Below are positions 44,602 through 54,645 of a stretch of DNA of 64,000 nucleotides, piece by piece. The position numbers and the translations under genes are program-made. Numbering within the stretch: position 1 is the first letter of the stretch; each line of letters opens with the position of its first letter. The stretch is taken from the NCBI GenBank assembly GCA_947631415.1, contig CANRLG010000003.1:8265-72264 (forward strand), written 5' to 3'. This DNA comes from an uncultured Clostridia bacterium. GTDB lineage: Bacteria > Bacillota > Clostridia > TANB77 > CAG-465. Below the pieces are notes generated by a model that worked only from the letters and a program-made list of their open reading frames with translations, was not told the DNA's origin and searched no databases.

Positions 44602-45090
44602 TTAGTTATTACTTTGAACATAAGTGTTTGCAGGAGCAACAATTTTTGTTAATTTTTCCACTTTAATAACAGGAATTTCACCATTATAATTTCCTTTAAT
44701 TATTTTACCTTCAATTTCTATCCATTCATTTTCTTCAAGAGAAATCTCTTTATCTAAACTACACATATATCCAGCAACTTTTGTTTCTTCTTCATCAACA
44801 GTATATCTACCACATATAAAGAAATTATCATTAAAATCTGGCAAGGTATATACAAATCCAGATACTTTAATACTTTTTCCTATATTATCATCTATATTAT
44901 TGTGAATATTTGAAAGGGTAGATATAAAATTTTCATCTGTAACAGTATAGCTAAAATCATCAATACTTGAATTTACTTCTATATAATCGTTTTTAGTGCA
45001 TAGCTCAAATACAGTTGCAATTATAATTGCACAGACTATGCATATAATAATTATTTTTTTATGGTCCAACTTAATATTTAAAACAAACAT
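44602..45090 (-). CDS. Short membrane-anchored protein resembling the C-terminal domain of TIGR03943/DUF1980 proteins
   Basis: ATG 45090 follows SD GGGAGGA. One TM helix, then GKSIKVSGFVYTLPDF...FICGRY...WIEIEGKIIKGNYNGEIPVIKVEKL, which is the pattern of the DUF1980 C-domain. The track start at 45144 has no SD. Confidence 0.45.
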   Translation of the reverse strand: MFVLNIKLDHKKIIIICIVCAIIIATVFELCTKNDYIEVNSSIDDFSYTVTDENFISTLSNIHNNIDDNIGKSIKVSGFVYTLPDFNDNFFICGRYTVDEEETKVAGYMCSLDKEISLEENEWIEIEGKIIKGNYNGEIPVIKVEKLTKIVAPANTYVQSNN

Positions 45091-45296
45091 ACTATCCTCC
45101 CAAGTCTTACTAAATATATATTCAATAATAGTAATATAATGCATAAAATTATATTTTTAATATTGGAAATATTGTTAATTTATATCAAAAAATATTGGTA
45201 TAAAATTAAAGCTTTTTACAATTTGGATTTTTTACATCAATATATTTTATTTTCATTACATTTATGATATAATAGCCATTATGGAGGGCATAAGGT

Positions 45297-48059
45297 ATGA
45301 AACTATTAGAAAAAATATTTGGAAGTTATAGTGGAAAAGAAATTAAAAAGATTACTCCACTAGTAGATAAAATTGAAGAAATTGAAGAAACTTTAAAAGG
45401 TCTATCAGATGAAGAATTAAGGGCAAAAACTACAGAATTTAAGAAAAGACTTGCTGATGGAGAAACACTAGAAGATATTTTGCCAGAAGCATTTGCTACA
45501 GTTGCTGAAGCTTCAAGTAGAGTGCTTGGAATGAGACACTTTAGAGTACAACTTATTGGTGGTATTGTAATTCATCAAGGAAGAATTGCAGAGATGAAAA
45601 CTGGTGAAGGTAAAACACTTGTTGCTACATTGCCAGTATATTTGAATGCTTTAACTGGAAAAGGAGTACATGTAGTAACAGTTAATGATTACTTAGCAAA
45701 ACGTGATAGCGTTTGGATGGGTAAGTTATATAACTTCTTAGGACTAACAGTTGGATTAGTAGTACCTAATATGACACCAAGCGAGAAAAGAGATGCATAT
45801 AATGCAGATATAACTTATGGAACAAATAATGAATTTGGTTTTGATTACTTAAGAGATAATATGACAATGGATAAAGAGGCAATGGTTCAAAGAGGCTTAA
45901 ATTATGCTATCGTGGATGAAATTGATAGTATATTAATTGATGAAGCAAGAACTCCACTTATTATTTCAGGTAATGTAAATAAACAAAGTGATTTATATAA
46001 ACAAGCAAATACATTTGCTAAAGGATTAAAAGCAAGAAAAATTGTTGAAGGTAATGATAAAGAATTTGATGAATCAGATGAAGATTATGATTATATTATA
46101 GACTTAAAAGCAAAAACAGTAGCTTTAACAAATACTGGTACAAAGAAAGCAGAGCAATTCTTTGGAATTGAATCATTATCTGATGTTTCAAATCTTGCAA
46201 TATCACACCATGTAAATCAAGCATTAAGAGCGTATGGTATTATGCATAAAGACCAAGATTACATAGTAAGAGATGACCAAGTTTTAATTGTAGATGAATT
46301 TACAGGTCGTGTTATGGATGGTAGAAGATATAGTGATGGACTTCATCAAGCTATTGAAGCAAAAGAAGGAGTAACAATAGCAAATGAGTCACAAACACTT
46401 GCAACTATTACTTTCCAAAATTACTTTAGATTATATAGCAAACTTGCAGGTATGACAGGTACAGCAAAGACTGAAGAAGATGAATTTAAAGGCATATATA
46501 AATTGGATATTATTGAAATTCCAACAAATAAGCCAGTTCAAAGAATAGATTATAATGATGTAGTGTATAAGACACAAGAAGCAAAATTTAACGCAATAGC
46601 AAATGAAGTAAAAGAATGTTATGAAAAAGGACAACCTGTACTTGTAGGTACTGTATCAATAGATAAATCAGAAAAAATTAGTGCATTACTTAAAAAGATG
46701 AAGATACCTCATCAAGTTTTAAATGCAAAATATCATGAAAAAGAAGCAGAGATAGTAGCTCAAGCAGGTAAGTATAAAGCAGTAACAATCGCAACAAATA
46801 TGGCTGGTCGTGGTACAGATATTATGCTAGGTGGTAACCTTGAATTTATAGTAAGAAGTGAACTTGCTAAAAAAGGTTACGATGCCGAAGAAATAGAACT
46901 TGCTATTACACCAATACCAAGTCAAAATGATAGAGTTAATGAAGCTAAAAAAGCTATGGCCGATATAGAGAATAAATATAAACCAGAACTTCAAAAAGAA
47001 AAAGAAAAAGTTGTTGAAGTAGGTGGTTTAAAAATAATAGGTAGTGAAAGACATGAATCTCGCCGTATAGATAATCAGTTAAGAGGACGTTCTGGACGTC
47101 AAGGAGACCCAGGTGCATCACGTTTTTATATTGCATTAGATGATGATTTAATGAAATTATTTGGCTCAGATAAAATGATGGGAATGGTTGAAGCATTAGG
47201 ATTACCAGATGATGTTCCAATAGAACAAAAATTACTAACAAATACTATAGAAGCTGCACAAAAGAAAGTTGAAGGAAGAAACTATAGTATAAGAAAGAAT
47301 GTTCTTGAATATGATGATGTAATGAACCAACAAAGAGAAATCATATATGGTCAAAGAAGAGAAGTTATTGCAGCAGAAGATATATCAGATATAGTTAAGA
47401 AATTATATGCTGGTATTTTAGATAGCATTTCTGTAGAATACTTTGAAAATGCAGATAATATTGAAAGTGTAGATTATAGTGCAGTTAATGCGGTATTAAA
47501 AAATATATTTGGTGAAGATGACATTATATCAAAAGAGGATATTGTAACATTAAATCATGAAGATATGATTGAAGTTTTATCTAAAAAAGTTGATGCGATT
47601 TATCAAATGAGAGTAGATGAAGCAAAGAAACTTGAAATAGAAGAACAATTTAATAAAATTGCTAAACATTTAATTTTAAATACTGTTAACCAAAAATGGA
47701 TGGATCATATTGATGCAATTACAGCACTTAAAGAAGGTATTGGACTTAGAGCTTATGCACAAACAAATCCACTTGAAGCATATAAAATTGAATCATTTAA
47801 TATGTTTGAAGAATTAGTTAAGAATATCAGAGAAGAAGCAGTAAAAGCTGTATTCTCATTGAAAGCTAAAAAGAAAGAACAAGTAATGAACATAAAGGTT
47901 TCTAATGCAGTTACTAATATGTTTACTAATGCATCAGGTGAAGATACACCAAAAAGAAAACCTGTTGTATTAAAGAAAGAAGCAAAAGTTGGTCGTAATG
48001 ACCCTTGTCCATGTGGAAGTGGGAAAAAATACAAAAACTGTTGTGGTAAAAATGAATAA
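45297..48059 (+). CDS. secA: Preprotein translocase ATPase SecA
   Basis: 920 aa. Contains MKTGEGKTL (Walker A), DEIDSILIDEARTPLIISG, and the C-terminal zinc motif CPCGSGKKYKNCCG. Confidence 0.97.
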   Translation: MKLLEKIFGSYSGKEIKKITPLVDKIEEIEETLKGLSDEELRAKTTEFKKRLADGETLEDILPEAFATVAEASSRVLGMRHFRVQLIGGIVIHQGRIAEMKTGEGKTLVATLPVYLNALTGKGVHVVTVNDYLAKRDSVWMGKLYNFLGLTVGLVVPNMTPSEKRDAYNADITYGTNNEFGFDYLRDNMTMDKEAMVQRGLNYAIVDEIDSILIDEARTPLIISGNVNKQSDLYKQANTFAKGLKARKIVEGNDKEFDESDEDYDYIIDLKAKTVALTNTGTKKAEQFFGIESLSDVSNLAISHHVNQALRAYGIMHKDQDYIVRDDQVLIVDEFTGRVMDGRRYSDGLHQAIEAKEGVTIANESQTLATITFQNYFRLYSKLAGMTGTAKTEEDEFKGIYKLDIIEIPTNKPVQRIDYNDVVYKTQEAKFNAIANEVKECYEKGQPVLVGTVSIDKSEKISALLKKMKIPHQVLNAKYHEKEAEIVAQAGKYKAVTIATNMAGRGTDIMLGGNLEFIVRSELAKKGYDAEEIELAITPIPSQNDRVNEAKKAMADIENKYKPELQKEKEKVVEVGGLKIIGSERHESRRIDNQLRGRSGRQGDPGASRFYIALDDDLMKLFGSDKMMGMVEALGLPDDVPIEQKLLTNTIEAAQKKVEGRNYSIRKNVLEYDDVMNQQREIIYGQRREVIAAEDISDIVKKLYAGILDSISVEYFENADNIESVDYSAVNAVLKNIFGEDDIISKEDIVTLNHEDMIEVLSKKVDAIYQMRVDEAKKLEIEEQFNKIAKHLILNTVNQKWMDHIDAITALKEGIGLRAYAQTNPLEAYKIESFNMFEELVKNIREEAVKAVFSLKAKKKEQVMNIKVSNAVTNMFTNASGEDTPKRKPVVLKKEAKVGRNDPCPCGSGKKYKNCCGKNE

Positions 48060-48105
48060 AAATCTTGAAAAATAAACATTTGTAAAAATAAGAAAAAAAT
48101 TAAAA

Positions 48106-48124
48106 TTTGTCCACAGTGGACAAA
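48106..48124. repeat. Perfect 19-nt palindrome TTTGTCCAC-A-GTGGACAAA
   Basis: 9-bp arms around a single central A. A third related half-site, GGCCACA, lies at 48127-48133. Confidence 0.9.
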
Positions 48125-48140
48125 ATGGCCACATAATAAT

Positions 48141-48186
48141 GTTCCTTTTACGATTAAATTTTAATATTTTTAATCGTGAAAGGAAC
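48141..48186. other. Long AT-rich hairpin (18-bp arms, one mismatch) with no flanking T-tract
   Basis: GTTCCTTTTACGATTAAA (48141-48158) pairs with TTTAATCGTGAAAGGAAC (48169-48186). Confidence 0.85.
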
Positions 48187-48235
48187 AATTTATATAGAAA
48201 AAATTGTTAAGAATTAAGAAAAGAGGAGATAAAAA

Positions 48236-48649
48236 ATGAGTAAAATATTTGTTATTTGTAGTAAAGCTTTCTATAAAGATATATCACCTATTAAAGAAAA
48301 ATTAGAAGAAAATGGTTGGGAAGTATTTTTACCTCATACATACGAAAACCCTAATGCAGAAAATGAGTGGTATGCCAAAGGGAAAGAAGAACATGCAAAA
48401 ATGAAAGGTGAAATGTTTAGAAGAAGTAGAGATAGAATAAAATCTATGGATGCAGTATTAACACTAAATTTCGATAAGAATGGTAAAAAGAATTATGTTG
48501 GTGGTTCAACATTTCTTGAATTATATGAAGCTTTTATGGAAAATAAAAAGATTTATTTATGGAATGAAATACCAGAGGGTATCTTATATGATGAAATAAG
48601 TGGATTTGCACCTGAGGTTATAAATGGCAATTTAGATTTAGTAAAATAG
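48236..48649 (+). CDS. Small Rossmann-like protein, possibly nucleoside 2-deoxyribosyltransferase-like superfamily
   Basis: 137 aa with SD AGAGGAG. The pattern KIFVICS ... DAVLTLNFD...GGSTFLELYEAFMENKKIYLW resembles the NDT/Rcl-like fold. Assignment is tentative. Confidence 0.35.
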   Translation: MSKIFVICSKAFYKDISPIKEKLEENGWEVFLPHTYENPNAENEWYAKGKEEHAKMKGEMFRRSRDRIKSMDAVLTLNFDKNGKKNYVGGSTFLELYEAFMENKKIYLWNEIPEGILYDEISGFAPEVINGNLDLVK

Positions 48650-48672
48650 TTTAGATATATAGAATTAAAAAG

Positions 48673-48703
48673 TGTGAACAATAAATTATGTTTACATTTT
48701 TTT
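48673..48703 (+). terminator. Rho-independent terminator
   Basis: TGTGAACA / TGTTTACA stem (one G-U pair) followed by a T7 run. Confidence 0.75.
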
Positions 48704-48918
48704 ACGTTATGATTAAAAATAATCATTGTAAATTATTAATTATTATAAATTTGTATCATAAAAAAATAATATATAACAAAAATATAAACTAGGTATGATA
48801 CTTTAACATCTTATTAAATAATTCAAAACAAATAGAAGACAAATAAGTTTTTAGCTAAGTAAAATGGTATAATTATATTTGTAACTGAATGTTATTAAGT
48901 GAAAGGGGAAATGAAATT

Positions 48919-49272
48919 ATGTCAGAAATAACATACAGACAAGAGGGAGATTACCTAATACCAGAAATTGCATTACCAAAAACAAAGAATTTACCACAAG
49001 GAAAATATTCTAGAATGAGGTTAAATTATCTAAAAGAACATAAAAAATGGTTATATACAGATTTAATGTTGGATTGTAAGTTAGAAGACCATCTTGGAGA
49101 AATTGAGATGGCTGCTCAAAGCAGGGTAAAGCAAATAATAGAAAAACTAGCAAAAGACAATGGAGTAAATGAGGAAATGAAAGCAAATAACCAAATGGAA
49201 TGGGTAGGTATGATGAACTCATTTAAAGCCCAAGCAGAAGAAATTGTAATGCAAGAATTAATATATAGTTAA
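48919..49272 (+). CDS. tnpV: TnpV-family protein (accessory protein of Tn4451/Tn4453-type clostridial mobile elements)
   Basis: ATG 48919 follows SD GAAAGGGGA. TYRQEGDYLIPEI, GKYSRMRLNYLKEHKK and MEWVGMMNSFKAQAEEIVMQELIY match my recollection of TnpV sequences. Confidence 0.75.
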   Translation: MSEITYRQEGDYLIPEIALPKTKNLPQGKYSRMRLNYLKEHKKWLYTDLMLDCKLEDHLGEIEMAAQSRVKQIIEKLAKDNGVNEEMKANNQMEWVGMMNSFKAQAEEIVMQELIYS

Positions 49273-49290
49273 AATATGTAAAATGGATTA

Positions 49291-49322
49291 AACAGAGGTA
49301 TTTATATACTTCTGTTTGTTTT
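49291..49322 (+). terminator. Rho-independent terminator after tnpV
   Basis: AACAGAGGTA / TACTTCTGTT stem followed by a T-rich run. Confidence 0.7.
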
Positions 49323-49411
49323 GTATATGAAAGATAAAATAATTTATATATAAGTAACTTAGTAGTAACATTATATATAATATAATTATAACTGAGAAAG
49401 GAGTTTTTTAT

Positions 49412-50083
49412 ATGGAATTATTACGAGTAGAAAATTTAACAAAAATATATGGTAAAGATACAACGAAAGTTGTAGCTTTAGATAACGTTTCTTTTTCAGT
49501 TGAAAAAGGAGAATTTGTAGCGATTGTTGGTGCAAGTGGAAGTGGAAAATCTACACTTTTACATTTAATAGGTGGTGTTGATAGACCTACAAGTGGAAAG
49601 GTTTATATTGATGGAAAAAATATATTTTCATTTGATGATGATAAACTTGCAATTTTTAGAAGAAGACAAATTGGACTAATTTATCAATTTTATAATCTTA
49701 TTCCTATTTTAAACGTTGAAGAAAATATAACATTACCATTAGCATTAGATAATCGAGAAGTTAATAGTGAAACACTAGATAATATGTTAAAACTGTTGGG
49801 ATTACAAAATAGAAAAAATCATTTACCAAATGAATTATCTGGTGGTCAACAACAAAAAACAAGTATAGGTAGGGCTTTAATTACTAATCCTGCATTGATA
49901 CTTGCAGATGAGCCTACAGGAAATTTAGATACAAAATCAAGTGACGAAATAGTAGCTTTGTTAAAAAAATCTAACAAAGATTTTAAGCAAACAATTATTA
50001 TGATTACACATAATATGGAGATAGCAAAATGTGCAGATAGAATAATTAAAATTGAAGATGGAAAAATTGTTGAGGAGGGATAA
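49412..50083 (+). CDS. ABC transporter ATP-binding protein (MacB/FtsE/BceA-like)
   Basis: Walker A GASGSGKST, signature LSGGQQQ, Walker B ILADEPTGNLD. Confidence 0.95.
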   Translation: MELLRVENLTKIYGKDTTKVVALDNVSFSVEKGEFVAIVGASGSGKSTLLHLIGGVDRPTSGKVYIDGKNIFSFDDDKLAIFRRRQIGLIYQFYNLIPILNVEENITLPLALDNREVNSETLDNMLKLLGLQNRKNHLPNELSGGQQQKTSIGRALITNPALILADEPTGNLDTKSSDEIVALLKKSNKDFKQTIIMITHNMEIAKCADRIIKIEDGKIVEEG

Positions 50084-50086
50084 AAT

Positions 50087-52675
50087 ATGAACTTGCTTAA
50101 CAAATTAACCTTAAAAAATTTAAAATTGAATAAAAAAAGAACAATAGTAACAATAATTGGAATAATATTATCTGTTTCGTTATTAACAGCAGTAGCATCA
50201 TTATATGAAAGTAGTGTTAATTCTTTAATTAATTACGAAAAAGCAGAAAAGGGAAATTTTCATGTAGCATATTATGATGTACCAATAGAGGAACTGAGTA
50301 TTATTAGAAATAATAGAGAAATTGAAGATATGTATTTAACCAAAGATATAGGATATGCTCAAATAAATTCAAAAAATGACTCAAAAACTTATGCATTTGT
50401 GAAAGCATTTACTAAGAAGTCAATGGATAATTTATCAGTAAAATTAGTAAGTGGAAGATTGCCAGAAAATGATAGTGAGATAGTAATTCCTACTCACTTA
50501 AAAACAAATGGCAGAGTTGTTCTTAATGTGGGAGACACTATTACTTTAGATATAGGAACACGAATATCTGATGATAATATTGTACTATATCAAAATAATC
50601 CTATGCAAGATAACGAAAAGATAATTGATACAGAAGCTAAAACATATAAAATTGTTGGGATAATTGAAAGACCAGCTACCAATATTGAAAGTTATACAGC
50701 ACCAGGTTATACATTTATAACATATATGGATGAAAGTGATATAGGTGATATAGTAGATGTATATGCAAGGTATACAAAATACGGTACAAAAAATGTATAT
50801 AAAATTACTGCAAATATTTTAGGTGTTGATGAAAAATTATTTGAAAAAGTAAGCAATGGAAATGCATCAATGGATGAAATATTAAAGTATAATAAAGAGG
50901 AACAACCTAAATATGATATGAATCTTAATTCATATTTGATTGGTTTAGAAACAAATCCTATTGGAAGTAGTAGAATAGTAGGTTTAGATGTTGTAGTAGT
51001 AATTGTAATATTGATAATAATATTTACTTCTATATTTTGTATAAAAAATAGTTTTGATATTTCTATTACAGAAAAAATAAAGCAATATGGTATGCTTAGA
51101 AGTATTGGTGCTACAAAAAAGCAAATTAAAAATAATGTGTTCTATGAAGCAACTATTCTAGGTATTATTGGTATTCCATTAGGAGTAATATGTGGTTTTA
51201 TTGCATCATACATTCTTGTAATAATTAGTAATTATTATTTTGAAAAAATAACATTAGGTATTATTAGTTTATCTTTTTCTTTTTCATTTGTAGCAGTATT
51301 AGTTTCTGTTTTACTTGGAGTATTAACTATATATTTTTCTGCTTTTAAAAGTGCTAAACGAGCTTCAAAAGTGTCTCCTATAGATTCTATTAGAAATAGT
51401 GCGAATATAAAGATAAAAAATAAAAAAATTAAGTCTTCAAAAATTATTAGAAAAATTTTTGGCGTAGGTGGAGAGATTTCGTATAAAAATGTTAAAAGAA
51501 ATAAAAGAAAATATAGAACAATTACATTATCTATTATTATTTCTGTATTTGTATTTATTGGAATATCTAGTTTTATTACTATGGCATATAGAGAAATAAA
51601 AGAAGAATTAGATTTGACTGAGTATAACCTTTCACTTACAACAAATAATTATACGAAAGAAAATTTGAATGAATTTATAGAAACAACAAAGTTAGACTAT
51701 ATCCAAGATTATTCAATAGTTAGATACAATGAATTTAAAATTAATAATGTAAAATATAATAAAGAATATCTTGAATGGACAAATTTAGGAGAAGATTATA
51801 ATAGAGAAACATATTGTAGAATTTATACAGTAGGAGAAGAACAATTTAGAAAATATATTAAATCTCTTGGATTAGAATATGAAAATGTAAAGAATAAAGC
51901 AATTTTATGTAATTGTTATGAATATTTTATAAAATCAGATGAAAACAATAAGGAAGTAGATAGTAAGAAAATTAAAAGGTTAGATTATGATGTTGGAGAT
52001 AAAATAAATTGTATTTTTGAAGATGAAAATGAATATTCACTTGAAATAGCTACAATTACAGATGAAAAACCTTTTGGATTAAAAAAATATAATAGCAATA
52101 TAATAATTGTAAGTGATGAGTTGTTTGATAGTATTACAAGTACAACAGGATTAGAAATTTTATATAAATCAACAAATGCATCACAATTACAAGATGATAT
52201 AGAAAATTATTTATCAGATGAAATCTTTAGTTTAAATAATTCAGAAGAAAGAGTCAGAATGATGGAAAATTTACTTATTTTAGTTCAAATATTCCTTTAT
52301 GGATTTATTATAGTTGTATCTTTAATTGGTGTAACAAATATATTTAATACAATTACTACAAATATGGAATTAAGAAGTCAAGAATTTGCTATATTAAAAT
52401 CTGTGGGAATGACAAATAAAGAATTTAATAGAATGATAAAACTTGAAAGTATTTTTATAGGATTTAAGGCATTATTTATAGGGATACCGCTTGGAATAGC
52501 TCCTTCATACTTAATGTATATGTATTTTAATGAAGCAGAATATGATATTCCATTTTTATCAATAATAATTAGTATTTGTGCAGTATTTATACTAATTACA
52601 TTGATAATGAAATATTCTTTAAATAAAATTAATAAACAAAATACTATTGATACAATAAGAAATGAAAATATTTAA
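50087..52675 (+). CDS. ABC transporter permease with two FtsX-type modules and two large extracytoplasmic domains
   Basis: 862 aa. The layout is TM1, an ECD of about 270 aa, 3 TM helices, one TM helix, an ECD of about 240 aa, then 3 TM helices. The gene starts 3 nt after the ATPase stop. Confidence 0.85.
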   Translation: MNLLNKLTLKNLKLNKKRTIVTIIGIILSVSLLTAVASLYESSVNSLINYEKAEKGNFHVAYYDVPIEELSIIRNNREIEDMYLTKDIGYAQINSKNDSKTYAFVKAFTKKSMDNLSVKLVSGRLPENDSEIVIPTHLKTNGRVVLNVGDTITLDIGTRISDDNIVLYQNNPMQDNEKIIDTEAKTYKIVGIIERPATNIESYTAPGYTFITYMDESDIGDIVDVYARYTKYGTKNVYKITANILGVDEKLFEKVSNGNASMDEILKYNKEEQPKYDMNLNSYLIGLETNPIGSSRIVGLDVVVVIVILIIIFTSIFCIKNSFDISITEKIKQYGMLRSIGATKKQIKNNVFYEATILGIIGIPLGVICGFIASYILVIISNYYFEKITLGIISLSFSFSFVAVLVSVLLGVLTIYFSAFKSAKRASKVSPIDSIRNSANIKIKNKKIKSSKIIRKIFGVGGEISYKNVKRNKRKYRTITLSIIISVFVFIGISSFITMAYREIKEELDLTEYNLSLTTNNYTKENLNEFIETTKLDYIQDYSIVRYNEFKINNVKYNKEYLEWTNLGEDYNRETYCRIYTVGEEQFRKYIKSLGLEYENVKNKAILCNCYEYFIKSDENNKEVDSKKIKRLDYDVGDKINCIFEDENEYSLEIATITDEKPFGLKKYNSNIIIVSDELFDSITSTTGLEILYKSTNASQLQDDIENYLSDEIFSLNNSEERVRMMENLLILVQIFLYGFIIVVSLIGVTNIFNTITTNMELRSQEFAILKSVGMTNKEFNRMIKLESIFIGFKALFIGIPLGIAPSYLMYMYFNEAEYDIPFLSIIISICAVFILITLIMKYSLNKINKQNTIDTIRNENI

Positions 52676-52734
52676 TTAAAATATTGGCTCTTAGTCATAT
52701 TATGATATAATAAAAGCTGAAAGGAGCAATTCTT

Positions 52735-53388
52735 ATGAATGTTTTGTTAATTGAAGATAATTTATCAATCATAAAAGGGCTTGTATATTCACTTGAAACT
52801 AATAATTATATGGTAGTATATAAAACTAGTAAAAGAGAGGCAGAAGAATATTTAAGTAATAACAATGTAGATTTAATTATATTAGATATAATGTTATCAG
52901 ATGGAAATGGTATGGATTTATTTAAAAATGTTATAAAAAAATTATCTATTCCAACAATATTTTTAACTGCAAAAGATGAAGAAGATGATATAGTTGAGGG
53001 ACTAGAGATTGGAGCAGAAGATTATATAACTAAGCCTTTTAGTACAAAAGAGTTACTTGCAAGAATAAATAAAATATTGCTTCGTTCAAAAAAGAAAAGC
53101 ATAATTAAAGTTAAAGATATAACTTTTAATATGGATAAACTTATTTTATTAAAAAATGGCAATGAAATTGAATTAACTCCTTTAGAATTAAAACTTGTAA
53201 ATTTACTTTTTATAAATTTTGGAAAGGTAGTAAGTAGAAATACTATATTAGATAAAATATGGGAATGGACAGGAAACTATGTAGATGATCATACTGTAAC
53301 TGTATATTTTAAACGAATAAGAGAAAAAATTGAAACGAATATTATATTGACAGTGAAAGGAATGGGCTATAGAATAGATGAAGAATAA
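52735..53388 (+). CDS. OmpR-family response regulator
   Basis: Receiver domain with DLIILDIMLSDGNG, followed by a winged-helix C-terminus (TVYFKRIREKI...GMGYRI). Confidence 0.9.
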   Translation: MNVLLIEDNLSIIKGLVYSLETNNYMVVYKTSKREAEEYLSNNNVDLIILDIMLSDGNGMDLFKNVIKKLSIPTIFLTAKDEEDDIVEGLEIGAEDYITKPFSTKELLARINKILLRSKKKSIIKVKDITFNMDKLILLKNGNEIELTPLELKLVNLLFINFGKVVSRNTILDKIWEWTGNYVDDHTVTVYFKRIREKIETNIILTVKGMGYRIDEE

Positions 53389-54592
53389 AATTGAATTTAA
53401 AAAATATTTAGTCATTGCCTTTGTTGTTCCATTAATTATATTGTTTGTATTTATATTAATTCACTTATATGAATATAAAATATATACTGAGAATTTTAAT
53501 CATAAGATTAATAGTATTGTGAATGTTTTACAAAGTAAGTATCCAAATATAAAAGAAGATGAAATTGTAGAAATATTTAATTCTGAAAGTAAAAATAAAA
53601 GTGAATTATTGGAAAAGTATGCTATTGACTTAAATGATAAAGCTATTGTAATAGAAAATGAAGAAACATATAAAAAATTCTTAATAATAAATAGTATATT
53701 TATATTAACTAGTTGTGCAATATTGACATTATTTTTTATTAAGTATATAAATAAAAGAGAAAAGAATATTGTTGAAATTACAAAGTATATTGAACAATTA
53801 AATAGGAAAAATTATGAACTAAAAATAGATTCAAACACAGAAGATGAACTTTCAATATTAAAAAATGAGATTTATAAAACAACTATAATGCTTAAAGAGG
53901 CTGCAGAAAACTCTAACAAAGATAAAATTAATTTAAAGAAATCTTTAGAAGATATATCTCATCAATTAAAAACACCTATAACAAGTATATTAATAATGTT
54001 AGATGATTTAATAGATGACCAAAATATGAGTGAAGAGACTAGAGAAGAGTTTATAAGAGATATAAAAAGAGATATTATAAACATAAATTTTCTTGTTCAG
54101 TCACTATTAAAATTATCCAAATTTGATGCTAATACTATTAAGTTTGTTAAAAAAGAAATATTATTAGAAAATATAGTAAATGAAGCTGTAAAAAATGTAT
54201 CAACACTTTGTGATTTGAAAAATATAAAACTTAATATAAATGGAAATAGTGATGCTAAGGTTATGTGTGATTATATGTGGCAAGTTGAGGCATTAACTAA
54301 TATTATTAAGAATTGTGTGGAACATTCATATAATGATAGTAAAATAGACATTTTTTATGAACAAAATAAAATATATTCTATAATAACCATTAGAGATTAT
54401 GGTGATGGTATAGACAAAAATGAAATTTCACATATATTTGAGAGGTTTTATAAAGGAAAAAATTCTTCATCTGAAAGTGTTGGGATAGGGCTTTCTTTAG
54501 CAAAAACAATAGTTGAAAATGATAATGGTGTAATAAATGTAAAATCAGATGAAAGTGGAACAAAATTTAGTGTAAAATATTTTAATATATGA
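53378..54592 (+). CDS. Sensor histidine kinase
   Basis: Two TM helices flank a loop of about 70 aa. H-box ISHQLKTPITSI, N-box NCVEHS, and G-boxes DYGDGI and GIGLSLAK. The start overlaps the regulator gene. Confidence 0.9.
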   Translation: MKNKIEFKKYLVIAFVVPLIILFVFILIHLYEYKIYTENFNHKINSIVNVLQSKYPNIKEDEIVEIFNSESKNKSELLEKYAIDLNDKAIVIENEETYKKFLIINSIFILTSCAILTLFFIKYINKREKNIVEITKYIEQLNRKNYELKIDSNTEDELSILKNEIYKTTIMLKEAAENSNKDKINLKKSLEDISHQLKTPITSILIMLDDLIDDQNMSEETREEFIRDIKRDIININFLVQSLLKLSKFDANTIKFVKKEILLENIVNEAVKNVSTLCDLKNIKLNINGNSDAKVMCDYMWQVEALTNIIKNCVEHSYNDSKIDIFYEQNKIYSIITIRDYGDGIDKNEISHIFERFYKGKNSSSESVGIGLSLAKTIVENDNGVINVKSDESGTKFSVKYFNI

Positions 54593-54645
54593 TTATATTG
54601 AAATATAGTATTATTTAATTATCAAAATAGGAGGAAAATATAATT

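Noticed and set aside
48107-48133. DnaA-box interpretation of TTGTCCACA, its inverted copy and the nearby GGCCACA.
   Set aside because: Each site deviates from TTATNCACA. There is no dnaA/dnaN context or AT-rich unwinding element arrangement, and only this single cluster is present. It is retained only as a generic operator or recombination-site candidate.
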